From: an uncultured Gemmatimonadaceae bacterium
GTDB lineage: Bacteria; Gemmatimonadota; Gemmatimonadetes; Gemmatimonadales; Gemmatimonadaceae
Length of the DNA: 64,000 bases
NCBI GenBank assembly: GCA_963829055.1
Contig: CAWHHI010000020.1
Coordinates: 448,001 to 512,000, forward strand
Direction: 5' to 3'
The notes under the pieces were generated by a model. It worked only from the letters and a program-made list of their open reading frames with translations, was not told where the DNA came from and searched no databases. The position numbers and the translations under genes are program-made. Shown piece by piece: positions 1-11,716 of the stretch (its first letter is position 1; each line of letters begins with the position of its first letter).

Positions 1-3000
1 CCCTTGATGTAGCCGGGTTGGAGCACGCCCTTGGTCGAACGGCGGATCGAACAATTGAATCAGCCTGTCATCCGTGCGGACCAGCCGTTGCTGAACCGCA
101 TCCATCGCCGACTGAGCTCGCGCGGGATTTCCCGCACCGGAGATGACCGCCCACGTCTGGGGGAGTGCGTCGATCTGGCACTCATCGTTCTGCGCCGAGC
201 CTAACGGCGTGCCGTCATCGAAGTACGCGCGCCGATACCAGGCGCCATCCCAGGCGCTCGCCTCCACCGCCTGCCGCAGCTGCTCGGCGCCCTCACGGCA
301 CCAATCGGCATCCGCGGCCTGGCCGCGCTGCTGCGCCAGTTCCGCAAAGGTCGTCAGCACGCTCACGAAGAACCAGCCGTTCCAGACGCTCTCACCCTTT
401 CCCTCGGCGCCCACCTTGTTCATGCCATCGTTCCAATCGCCGGTCCCCATGAGCGGCAAGCCGTGCGGGCCAAGGCGATAGCCGTGCTTCAATGCGCGGA
501 GGCAGTGCTCGTAGACGGTGGCGGTCTGAGAGCTCACCGCCGGCAGGTTGAAGTCTTCCTCCTGATCCGGGCGAAGCACCGGTGCGGTGATGAACGGCAC
601 GACCTCGATTCAGGAGCGAGGCATCGCCCGTCGTCGACCACATAGTGATGCACGACGAACGGCAGGAAATAGAGGTCGTCGGTGATGCGCGTGCGGACGC
701 CGATGCCGGACGGCGGGTGCCACCAGTGCTGGACATCGCCCTCCTCGAACTGCCGCGTTGCGGCGCGCAGAATCTGCGCACGAGCCTCTTCAGGGGCGCT
801 GTACACCAGCGCCATGACATCCTGTAACTGGTCCCGGAACCCGTACGCTCCGCCGGATTGGTAGAACGCGGAGCGCGCCCACACGCGGCACCCGAGCACC
901 TGGTACACGAGCCAACGGTTGAGCATCAGGTCGACGGCGGGATCGGGCGTGGTCACCTGCAACGCAGTCAGGTAGCGGTCCCAGTGCTCGCGTACCTGCG
1001 TCAGTAGCCGCGCCGGCGCTGTGGGATGGTGTGTATTCGCCGATGAGTCGGCGGACCTCGTCCAGGTCGTTCGCCTGTCCCAGGGCGAAGACGACGTCTC
1101 GTCGTCTCGCCGGGATACAGCGTCAGCTCCGTCGTGATGGCGGCGCAGGGATCGAGACCAGGGCCGGCACGGTCCGACAGCCTAACGCGTCCCAGACCGG
1201 CGGGCGCCGAGATCGAGCCGTACCGCCCGAGGAACTCCAGACGATCGGCAGTGACGGAGTGCACCGGGCTACCGCAGGCCGCGAAGGCGATCTTCCCGGA
1301 GAAGTCGCCGGCCCAGGCATTGCGCGCCAGGATCGCGCAGCTGTCGGGGTCGCGCTCGCAGACGACCTGCAACGCGGCGTTCTCGCGCGCGGTTCCGAGG
1401 ACCCACTCGGCGTAGTAGGTGACGGAGAGGTGCCGCGGCCGATCGCCCTCGTTCCGAACCGTTAGGCGGACCAGCTTGACGGGATCGTCCGGTGGAACGA
1501 AGACGAGAAGGTCCTGATCGAGATCGTGGCTCACATGCGACCACCGCGTGTAACCCTGGCCATGCCGGATAGTCACGGTTCCCATGGGCCCCAGCGGTAA
1601 GGGCGTGGGGGTCCAGAGCTCTCCGGTCTCCACGTCGCGCAGGTAGACCACTTCGCTTGGCGGATCCGACGTCGGATCGTTCGACCAGGGCGTGAGCCGG
1701 TTCATCTGACTGTTCCCCGCCCACGTGTAGCCCAGGCCAGCTTCCGTCACCAGACATCCGAACTGTGGATTGGCAAGCACGTTGGTCCACGGGGCCGGCG
1801 GCAGCGTCGTGGCGACCGGTGATGTGCGGTCGATGGCGATCACGTACTCGCGGCCATCGTGCGTGAACCCGCCGAGGCCGTTCCAGAAGAGCAACCCGTT
1901 AGGCGGGACGGTCCGCCGCGCCACCCGCTTTGCCGCGAGCCCCTTCGGAGCGAGCGGCGCCAGCTCGGGCGATCGGATAGCTGTCGCGCTGCGATCTGCT
2001 CGATGAGCGACCCGCGGCCGCCGCCAAGCACGGCGCGCGCCGCGGCCGCGAGCAGCACGGCATCGTCGGCCGGCAGCTGCCGCGCAGCCAGCACGAACAC
2101 CCCGCCCGGCTTGCCGAGCATGTCGCCGGCAGCGCCCGTCTCCAGCTCCTGTCTGCAATCGCGCCGCCGGTTCGTCGGCGCGCTCGTCCAGAATCACGAG
2201 ATCGAACGTCAATCGCCGGCGCACGATGTAGCTGCGCCACCTGACGAGTTGGCGAACGACCGCCTCGTCATCGTCCTGTGTGACTCGAGCCAGCACGATC
2301 GGCAGGTCGCCGGAGATCGCGTGCGGCCAGAGACTTCGCTGTCCAAGGCGGTTGGCAGCCACTGCATCCGCGGTCGCGAAGAGCAGCGCTCGTGAACACG
2401 AGCGACGCCGCCAGGCGGTTGAATGGCGCGATCTCGTCCGCGCTGAGCTCGAGCTCCCGCAGCTCCTGTTCGGCAGCGGGCGTGAGCACCGGCGAAGGCC
2501 GCGTCTATCGCGTCGAGATCGCGGAATCGTTCGGCCAATCCCATGGCGGCTTCACGCGTGTCGGCCGCTCCGGTCATGAACGCAACGCGCGCCGTCATTC
2601 CCGCGTCGAGCGCAATGCGGCGGCGCAGGCTGAAGATCGGATCGAGCACCGGGCCGGTGGTTCGCGACAGGCGCGATCCCGCATCCATCGCGGCGGGATT
2701 CGCCGGCGTGCGGCCGCGGCCGAGGAATCTCACTCGGTCGGTTTCGTAGGCGATCTCGTCGGCGACCGGCGCAGCGCTCACGTCACTCACGTCGCTCGTT
2801 GAAACGTGAATCGCCCAGACCGGGTGCTCCTTCGCGCCGCGCGGCCGACGTCGCGCCAGGAGCGCACCGGACTGCGCATCGAATTCCGTCTCCAGAAACA
2901 GCTTTGCGAACGCCGGGTGGGCCTGGTCGGCGCGGCGTGCGTTGAGACACACCTCCGCGTAGCTCGTCAGCTCGAGGTCTCGGCGGCGCTGGCCGTGATT

Positions 3001-3399
3001 GACCAGCGTCACGACGCGAAGTTCGGCATCCGCATCCGGCACGACGCACACGGCACAGCGAGTCTCGACGTCGCCATCGCGTCGACGAAACTCGGCGCGG
3101 TCGATGCGAAGGTCGACGTCGGGTGCGTCGCCCGCTCGCACCAGCGGCTGCGTGCCGATCGACCAGCAGCGGTCGTCGCCGAGGTCGCGGACGTAGTAGA
3201 ACTGGCCCCAGCAATCGCGCGTGGCATCCTCGCGCCAGCGGGTCACATCGAGGTCACGCCAGGCGCTGGAGCCAGTACCGGCGCTCGTGATCATCACGCT
3301 GTACGAGCCGTTGGACAGCAGTGCTATTGCGGGTGCGATCGCATTGTGCGAGGGTCGGATGCTGGATGGCCCTTCTCGTCGAGCTCGTGCGTGTGTCAT
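1..3399 (-). CDS. GH94 glycoside phosphorylase resembling the C-terminal phosphorylase half of cyclic beta-1,2-glucan synthase (NdvB/Cgs); frameshifted; 3' end lies beyond the window
   Basis: Consecutive frames carry LLSNGSYSVMIT..TRWRED, HPAFAKLFLETE, ISGDLPIVL, NGLGGF..GREY, PAPWTNVLANPQFG, NRLTPWSNDP, RSAFYQSGGAYGFRDQLQD, QHWWHP and GLPLMGTGDWNDGMN, typical of NdvB/GH94. Confidence 0.85.
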
Positions 3400-3449
3400 T
3401 CCGGGCGAGGCATTCGCTCAGCACTAGTACGGACCTCCATCCTCCACCG

Positions 3450-3464
3450 CCATGAGCCCTTCGG
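3450..3464 (-). promoter_or_regulatory. Degenerate regulon box CCGAAGGGCTCATGG upstream of the GH94 gene
   Basis: Partial consensus match, co-directional with the gene, 20 nt before TACTAG. Confidence 0.4.
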
Positions 3465-3567
3465 CGCGGCCGCGACGCTCGCCGCGCGCCTAACGAGCTC
3501 GACCGGTCGAATCCCTAGGCCCGCTCGTCGCCACGAACGTCCGCCCTCTGCCAGCGGCCTGGGAGAC

Positions 3568-3582
3568 TCGAAGGGCCAATTG
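3568..3582 (+). promoter_or_regulatory. Regulon box TCGAAGGGCCAATTG upstream of SulP
   Basis: The 17-mer CGAAGGGCCAATTGTCC at 3569-3585 is identical to 8288-8304. Confidence 0.6.
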
Positions 3583-3651
3583 TCCAGGCCACGCACAGCC
3601 ACAGCGAACGTGTGAGGGCTCCGATCGAACCACGCATGCAATTGCGCCAAC

Positions 3652-5335
3652 GTGAGTAGATCCGCGCGCCTCCCGATCCTGGACTGGGCCGTCGGGTACC
3701 GGAAGGAATGGCTCCGGCTCGACGTGGTTGCCGGTCTCACCGCCGCGGCGGTCGTCATCCCCAAGGCGCTGGCGTACGCCACGATCGCGGGGCTGCCGGT
3801 GCAGGTGGGGCTCTACACCGCGCTCTTCCCGATGGTGATTTACGCGCTGCTCGGGACTTCGCGCCCGCTCAGCGTGAGCACCACGACGACCCTCGCCATC
3901 CTGGTCGCGGCGAATCTGGCGCGGGTCGCACCCAGACGGTGACGCTCGCCGCTCCTGATCAGACGCGACGGCGACGCTGACGCTGCTCGTGGGCGTCATC
4001 CTCGTTGGTGCTTCCGTTCTGCGGCTGGGATTCGTCGCCGATTTCATCTCCGAGCCCGTGCTCATCGGGTTCAAGGCGGGAATCGGGCTGGTCATCGTGC
4101 TCGACCAGATTCCCAAGCTGCTCGGCGTCCACTTCGACAAAGGCGGGTTTTTCCACAACGTCGTCGAGACCATTCGAGCGATCCCGCATGCCTCGCTGCC
4201 GACGGTCGCGGTGGGAGTCGGCACGATCGTGTTGCTGGTGGGTGCTGCATCGAGTGCTCCCTCGGGCGCCTGCCCCGTTGATCGCGGTCGCCGCGGGGAT
4301 CGCGGCAGTGAGCCTGTTCGGGCTGCGAGCGCTATGGTGTTGCGACGGTCGGCGAGATCCCGCGTGGTCTGCCGTCGTTCATCGCACCGGACTTCTCTCT
4401 TGTCGCCGTGCTCTGGCCCGGGGCCCTTGGCTGCGCGCTCATGAGCTTCACGGAAACGATCGCCGCCGGCCGCGCCTTCGCCGCCAGCCGCCGAACCGCC
4501 GCTCGTGCCTAACAGGGAGCTGGTGGCGACGGGACTCGCGAATGTCGGGAGCGCGGTCTTCGGGAAGCATGCCGGCCGGCGGCGGTACGTCTCAGACCGC
4601 GGTGAACCGATCGGCTGGGGCGCGAACGCAGCTGGCCGAGCTGGTCACCGCTGGTGCCACGTTGCTCACGATGCTGCTGCTTGCCGGACCAATGGGGCTG
4701 ATGCCGCAGGCGACGCTCGCGGCGGTGGTGATCGTGTACTCGATGGGGCTGATCGAGCTGGCCGGCTTTCGCGCCATCCTCGCGATCCGTCGCCTGGAGT
4801 TCATCTGGGCGCTGGTCGCTCTGGCCGGCGTCGTCGTGCTCGGGACGTTGCAGGGTATCGTGGTCGCGATCGTGGTGTCGGTGGTGTCGCTCGCCCAGCA
4901 GGTCGCCAACCCGCCGGTCTACGTGTTGGGCCGCAAGCCAGGCACCAACGTGTTCCGGCCGCGTTCGGCCGAGCACCCGGAAGACGAGAGCTTCCCGGGG
5001 CTGCTGCTGCTCCGAGTGGAAGGACGCGTGTTCTTCCTCAACGCCGCACGGATCGGCGAGAAGATCCGCTCGCTCGTGACCCGAGATGAAGCCGAACGTC
5101 GTGGCGATCGATCTGAGCGGCGTGTTCGATTTCGAGTACACGGCGCTCAAGGCGCTGATCGAAGCGCAGAAGCGGCTCGCGAGGCGATGGCATATCGGTC
5201 TGGCTGGTCGGCCTAACGCCGGCCGTGCTGCGCGTCATCGAGCGCTCGTCACTCGGCGAGCGGCTCGGGCGGGAGCAGATGCACTTCAACCTGGAGATCG
5301 CGGTGCGGAAATATCTGCGCGCCACGCCCGAGTGA
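3652..5335 (+). CDS. SulP family inorganic anion transporter with C-terminal STAS domain (frameshifted)
   Basis: DVVAGLTAAAVVIPKALAYATIAGLP..GLY, FISEPVLIGFKAG, GGTSQTAVN..GARTQ, then STAS segment LRVEGRVFFLNA and VVAIDLSGV. Confidence 0.9.
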
Positions 5336-5347
5336 CGCGAGGCGCGG

Positions 5348-6037
5348 TCACTCCCGCCGCCAGCGCGTATCGTCGCCGCGAGCACCAGCCCAGCACCGAG
5401 CGTGAGCATGACCAGGCCGGCTCCGCCACGGGTGCCTGCCGCCGTGACGGCCCAGGTAGTATCCGCCCGCGAAGCAGCATCAGCAGCGCGATGCCGTTCG
5501 AGACGCGGAGCGCACGATGCGCGTCGTCGATGAAGGCGAACGGGAGCGCCACCGGAAGCGTGGCGAGGAACACCAGCAGAAAGACGCCGAACGCCGCGCG
5601 GAAGTCGCCAGCCGTGAGCCCTGCGCTCGCGGGCAGCGGCAGACCGCTCCAGACGGCCCCGAATGACATCGACCTCCGCCGGCTCCATGGTGGAAGCGAT
5701 CACCGGCGGCAGGGCGTCCGAGAATCAGCTGGCGCGCGCGCGGCCGGGTTGGACCGGCTCCGCACGTCCTTCAGGATCGCCAGGTTGCGGCCCCGTTCGG
5801 TCAGGTGGCCAGCAGGTACATCACCGCGTCCACCAAGCCCCAGGCCGTGTTGCACCCCAGAGCGCCGATCAGCATGCTGCGCACTTCGTTCCGGTCCGCC
5901 GTCGCGACGCTCAGCGTTCCCGTGAACGTGAGCGCCATGATCAGGCCGAAGATGACTCCGGAGACGCGGTCGACCGGGGACAGCGCCGGCGCCGGATCGC
6001 CGCGGCGCTGGCGGGAGCGAGCGAGCGAGATCGTCAC
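5348..6037 (-). CDS. VIT1/CCC1-like membrane protein (frameshifted)
   Basis: DRVSGVIFGLIMALTFTG..LGCNTAWGLVDAVMYL and AFGVFLLVFLATLPVALPF..ALRVSN segments. Confidence 0.7.
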
Positions 6038-6182
6038 GATCGGACGCGGACGGCGACGTACCGGGCCTAACGATCGACGTAGATCGACGGAGTGGATCTC
6101 GCACGGACAGCGTCGGCCTCGCGTCTGCCAACCCTCCCTGCGCTACGACCGCCACCGCTTGGCCGGCTGAACGGCGGCGCGC

Positions 6183-7171
6183 TCACCCGATGAGGATCGG
6201 GTAGCAGCTCCTTGACCGTGAGCGTGAGTGGAATCGCGAGCAGGGCGCCCATCGGTCCCAGGACGACGCCCCAGCCGAGCAGCGCCAGGACGATGACCAG
6301 CGGCGAGAGTGCCGAGGCCCGCTCCCCATGAGCTTCGGCTTGACCACGTTGTCCCCGATGAAGTTCACGACGAAGAAGAGTCCGAACATGATCAGGGCCA
6401 CGGCTCGACGCCGTACTCCAGCAGCGGTGAGGATGAACGGCGGAATCGCCGAGAGAATGAATCCGAACGGGACGAACGCGAACAGGAAGGCGATCACCGC
6501 CCAGAGCACCGCGGCATCGGTGCCTACCGACCACATGATGACGAGGTCGATGACCGCGATGCACGCGCCGAACATGCCCGTTGAGACCCACGAAGCGTCG
6601 CACCAGCAGTCATGGCGGAGTCGACGCGCGCTCCGGAACGAGCCGGCCGCGACGTCGTCGGACTTGACCAGCGGCAGCTCGACCAGGAACAGCACGACGA
6701 GCACGATCGCGAAGAGCCCGACACCTACGAGGTTGAGCGCTGCGCCCACCAGACCGCCGACCGCCCCATGATCCGCGCCGGGTTCGGCTTGAGCGCCTCG
6801 TTCACCTCGATTCCGCGCGCCGCGAGCTTCTGCGTCACACCATCCACGAGCCCCGAGAGCGAAGCCTGATAGACCGGAAGATTCTCCGACAGGCGACTCA
6901 TCGAGCGCGCGAGCACCATGACCAGGAGCTACTCCGCCGAGCAAGCGGCAGCAACGCCGTGAGCCCGATCGCGGCGCCGCGGCCCATCCCGCGCTTCGTC
7001 AGGCAGACCGGCACCGGAGAAAGCGTCGCCGCGAGCAGCAGCGACAGCAGCACGAGGTTCAGCACCGACGCGGCCGCCTTCATCGCGGCCGCGATGATGG
7101 CGAGGCCTGCCCCAGCACGACCAGCCGGAGCAGCGGCGATCCTCGTTCGAACGGTGATCATTGTGAGACAT
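6183..7171 (-). CDS. AI-2E family transporter (frameshifted)
   Basis: LWAVIAFLFAFVPFG, NFIGDNVVKPKLMG, LSPLVIVLALLGWGVVLGPMGALLAIPLT; ATG at 7171 behind GAGGA. Confidence 0.85.
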
Positions 7172-7178
7172 AGCGTCC

Positions 7179-8021
7179 TCAATACCGCTCGTTCGATGTA
7201 CTTGTAGTGGATAGTCCGGCTCTTTGTAGCCGTGCGCCTTTTGCCGGTCCGGGAGCTTCACCTTCTCGCGTGGCGCGTTCTTGTAGGGAACCTTGCTGAG
7301 CAGGTGCGCGATGATGTTGAGGCGCGCGCGACGCTTGTCGTCCGACAGGGCCACGTACCAGGGCGCGTGCGCCGTATCGGTCGCCGCGAACATCTCGTCG
7401 CGGGCCTTGGAGTAGTCGTACCAGCGGCCGTACGAGTCGAGATCCATGGGCGAGAGCTTCCAGATCTTGCGCCCATCCTCGATGCGGTCCTCGAGCCGGC
7501 GCGTCTGCTCCTCCGGGCTCACCTCGAGCCAGTACTTGAGGAGGATGATGCCCGAATCCACGATGGCCCGCTCGACCAGCGGTACCATGCGCAGGAACTT
7601 CTCGACCTCCTCCTCGCCGGTGAAGCCCATGACGCGCTCGACGCCGGCGCGGTTGTACCAGCTGCGGTCGAAGATCACGACCTCGCCGGCCGCCGGCAGA
7701 TGCTGCACGTAGCGCTGGAGGTACATCTGGCTCTTCTCGCGCTCGGTCGGCGCCGGGAGCGCGACGACGCGGAAGACCCGCGGACTCACGCGCTCGGTGA
7801 TGGCCTTGATGGTGCCGCCCTTGCCGGCGCCGTCGCGGCCTTCGAAGACGACGCAGACCTTGAGTCCCTTGTGCTTCACCCACTCCTGAAGCTTGACCAG
7901 CTCGACGTGCAGTCGATCGAGCTCCTCCTCGTACTCCTTGGCCTTGAGCTTCCCGTTCGGCGCCGCACCGTTTCCTCTCGATCTCGGCATCGCCTTGGCG
8001 CTTCTTGACTTTGACTGTCAC
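7179..8021 (-). CDS. ppk2: Polyphosphate kinase 2, single domain (two apparent frameshifts near the ends)
   Basis: ELVKLQEWV, FEGRDGAGKGG Walker A, FDRSWYNRAGVERVMGF, WKLSPMD. Confidence 0.95.
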   Translation of the reverse strand: MTVKVKKRQGDAEIERKRCGAEREAQGQGVRGGARSTARRAGQASGVGEAQGTQGLRRLRRPRRRRQGRHHQGHHRARESAGLPRRRAPGADRAREEPDVPPALRAASAGGRRGRDLRPQLVQPRRRRARHGLHRRGGGREVPAHGTAGRAGHRGFGHHPPQVLARGEPGGADAPARGPHRGWAQDLEALAHGSRLVRPLVRLLQGPRRDVRGDRYGARALVRGPVGRQASRAPQHHRAPAQQGSLQERATREGEAPGPAKGARLQRAGLSTTSTSNERY

Positions 8022-8133
8022 GGGATCTCCTCTCGAGGTTCGCGACGGCCGGCACTGTCCATCGAGCTCACGCCTGCATGACACGAGCGGGTCCGTGCCT
8101 CACCGGACAGATAGGAACGCCGCAGCCAGGCCG

Positions 8134-8148
8134 CTATAAGCCCTTCGG
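8134..8148 (-). promoter_or_regulatory. Degenerate regulon box CCGAAGGGCTTATAG upstream of ppk2
   Basis: Partial consensus match; mirrors the 3450-3464 site as the divergent partner of an identical + strand box. Confidence 0.4.
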
Positions 8149-8286
8149 CGTGGGTGCGGAGCGGGAGTCCGCACCGGGTTGTCACCCGGGTTCACCCGCG
8201 CGGAGCCGTTGGCGGCACGTGTCGACGCCGCCACGCACACCGGAGGCCGCTCGAGCGGCACCGGCACACTCGCATCAGCCGGTAAC

Positions 8287-8301
8287 ACGAAGGGCCAATT
8301 G
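8287..8301 (+). promoter_or_regulatory. Regulon box ACGAAGGGCCAATTG upstream of the RND operon
   Basis: Consensus match, 21 nt before GATTGT. Confidence 0.6.
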
Positions 8302-8489
8302 TCCCCTCCCGCAGACGCGGCCGATTGTGCGGTAATCGCGCCGGCCAACCACATGTTGGCGATTGGCCAGCGCGCGTCATCCGGGAGGCAACACCGTGAC
8401 CGCGATTTCTGTCGAGCATCCAGGTCGAGACAAGGCAGGATGCCAGTTCGTCCCCGCGCTGCCTCGACTCCGTCAACAAACGTTGACTC

Positions 8490-11400
8490 ATGGCTGACTT
8501 CTTCATTCGGCGGCCGATCGTCGCGATCGTCATCGCCATCGTCATCACGCTGCTTGGTCTCGCCGTTCTGCAGCGCCTTTCCATCGAGCAGTATCCCGAG
8601 CTGGCGCCACCGAACATTCGGGTGGAAACCACCTACCAGGGTGCCTCCGCCGAGGTGGTGGAGCAGTCGGTCGCCACGCCGATCGAGCAGCAGGTGAACG
8701 GCGTGGACAACATGATCTACATGAAGTCGCTCAACACGAGCGACGGGCGCATGCTGCTCGACATCTCGTTTCAGGTCGGCATGGATCGCGACATGGCGAA
8801 CGTGCTCGCGCAGAATCGCGTGTCGCAGGCCCAGTCCCGGCTGCCGCAGGAAGTGATGCAGCAGGGAGTCACGGTCAAGAAGCTCAACCCCAGCATCCTG
8901 ATGGTGGTCTCGCTCTACTCGCCGAAGGGGAGTCGAGACGCGCAGTTCCTCAATAACTACGCGATGATCAACATGCGGGATGCGCTCCTCCGCGTGCCCG
9001 GGATCGCGCAGGTGGATCTCTACGGCGGCGCCGAATACGGCATGCGCGTCTGGCTCCGTCCCGATCGCCTAACGCGGCTCGGCCTGACGCCAGCGGATGT
9101 CATCGACGCCATCAAGGAGCAGAACCTCCAGGCGCCCGCAGGACAGGTCGGTGCCGCTCCCTCGCCGCCAGGGCAGGAGTTCACCTACACCGTGAAGGCA
9201 CCGGGCCGCCTCGTCACCGCCGAGGAGTTCGACAACATCATCATTCGCCAGACCGCGGGCGGCGGAGAGCTCCGACTCAAGGACGTCGGGCGGGCCGAGC
9301 TTGGAAGCGAGAATTACCGCTCGTTCGGACGCGCGATCGTGAAGGACTCGACCGGCAAGTGGACGGGCGGCGCCGCGGCGTCGCTCCTCGTGTACCTCCT
9401 GCCCGGCGCCAACCAGCTCGCCTCGGCCGAGGGGGTTTACCACTCGCTCGAGGAGTTCGCGACGTTTTTCCCGACCGACGTGGCGTACAAGATCGTGTAC
9501 GACACCACGCCCTCGGTCGAGGCGAGCATCCACGAGATCCTCAAGACGCTCGTCGAGGCATTCATTCTCGTGAGCCTCGTGGTGTTCGTGTTCCTGCAGA
9601 GCTTCCGCGCCACGATCATCCCGCTCCTCACCGTGCCGGTGGCGCTCGTGGGCACGTTCATCTTCTTCCCGCTGCTCGGCTTCTCGATCAACACGCTCAC
9701 GATGTTCGGCCTCGTGCTGGCGATCGGCATCGTGGTGGATGACGCGATCGTGGTCGTGGAAGCGGTGATGCACCACATCGAGCACGGGAAAACACCCAGG
9801 GACGCGACGGTCCAGGCCATGAAAGAGGTGTCCGGGCCGGTGATCGCGATCGCCCTCATTCTCTCGGCGGTGTTCGTGCCGGTGGCGCTGCTTGGCGGCC
9901 TGACGGGCCGGGTGTACCAGCAGTTCGCGCTGACCATCGCCATCTCGGTGCTCCTGTCCGCGTTCCTGGCGCTGAGTCTCGCGCCGGCGCTCGCCGCGAT
10001 GATGCTCAAGCCCGCCAAGCAGACCGGTGGCCTGCTGGGCAAGTTCTATCGCGGGTTCAACAAGATGTTCGATGTGACGACGACCAAGTACGTGAGCTGG
10101 ACGCGCTTGTTCGTCAGGCGAGCGATCCTGGTGGTGGTGGTCCTGGTCGTGGCCACCGGCGTGACGGGTCGTTCTTGGCAGTTCGCTTCCGAAAGGGTTC
10201 GTGCCCGACGAAGACCTGGGCGTCTTCATGATCAACGCCCAGCTGCCGCCCGCGTCATCGAGCGAGCGGACCGACGGCGTCGTCCGGCAGATCGAAGAGG
10301 TGCTGAAGAAGACCGATGGTGTGGTCGCCTGCACCGGCATCGGCGGATCGGGAATCCTCACGAACTCGTTCAGCCCGGAGTTCGCCTCGTTCTTCTGCAG
10401 GCTCGAGGACTGGGACGAGCGGAAGACACCGGCGCTGCACGTCAGCGGGATTACGCAGACGCTGAGACGCTCGCTCGCGGGGATTCCAGGCGCCGTGATC
10501 TTCCCGTTCACTCCACCGACGATCCCGGGGTTCGGCGCGGCCGGTGGCTTCAACTTCCTCCTGCAGGACCGAAGCGGGACGATGAGCGTGCAGGATCTCG
10601 GGAAGCAGACACAGGTCTTCCTGGACGCCGCGCGCAAGCGACCCGAGCTCGCCAACCTGTTCACGTCGTTCAACGCGCAGGTCCCGCAGGTTCAGGTCGA
10701 GCTCGACCGGGAGAAGGCACGCACGTTAGGCGTGCCGATCAACGACGTGTTCGCCGCGCTGTCCGCCGCGATGGGTGGCGCGTACGTGAACGACTTCAAC
10801 CGGTTTGGGCGGCTCTATCGCGTGTACGTGCAGGCAGAGCCCGCGTTCCGTCAGAAGCCCGTGACATCGGGCAGTTCTACGTGCGGAGTCGGACGACGAA
10901 CGAGATGGTGCCGCTCTCCACGCTGATGACGATCACGCCCGGCTCGGGTACGGAGATCACCACCCGGTTCAACCTGTTCCGGTCGGTCGAGATCACCGGG
11001 GTGCAAGCGCCGGGCTACACGTCGGGTCAGGCCATGACGGCGCTCGAGGAGACGGCGACGCAGGTGCTCCCGCGCGAGATGGGGTACGCGTACTCGGGTT
11101 TCTCGTACCAGGAGAAACAGGCGCCGCCAGCGGGACCGACGTTCGTGCTGGCGATCGTCTTCGTCTTCCTGCTGCTCGCGGCGCAGTACGAGAGCTGGAA
11201 GCTCCCGTGGGCGGTGCTGCTGGAGACGCCGCTCGTCGCGTTAGGCGCGTTCTTTGGCGTGTGGGTCGCGGGCTACGACAACAACGTGTTCGTGCAGGTG
11301 GGCCTGATCATGCTGGTGGGGCTCGCCGCCAAGAACGCCATCCTCATCGTGGAGTTCGCAAAGATGCGGCACGAGGCCGGTGCGTCGGTGGAAGAGGCCG

Positions 11401-11715
11401 CACTCGACGCCGCAAAGCTCCGCTTCCGCCCGATCCTCATGACCGCGTTCGCCTTCATCATGGGCGTCGTGCCGCTGATGCTCGCGAGCGGCGCCGGTGC
11501 CGCCGCGCAGAACCGCATGGGCACGGCGGTGTTCTCCGGGATGCTCGTCGCAACGGTCGTTGGCGTGTTCCTCATCCCCGGACTGTTCGCGATGGTCGAG
11601 CGCATGGGGTTCCGGAAGAAGCCACAGCGCGCCGCCGTGCCGCCGGGAGCGGGACTTGGGCGCACCGCCGGCCGCGCCCGTTCCGGCCAGCGCGGCTCCG
11701 CCTGGAGGACACTGA
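8490..11715 (+). CDS. RND efflux permease subunit, AcrB/HAE1 family (frameshifted near 10170, 10860 and 11650)
   Basis: FFIRRPIVAIVIAI, IEQQVNGVDNMIYM, VLAIGIVVDDAIVVVE, GLAAKNAILIVEFA, RFRPILMT. Confidence 0.95.
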
Positions 11716-11716
11716 C

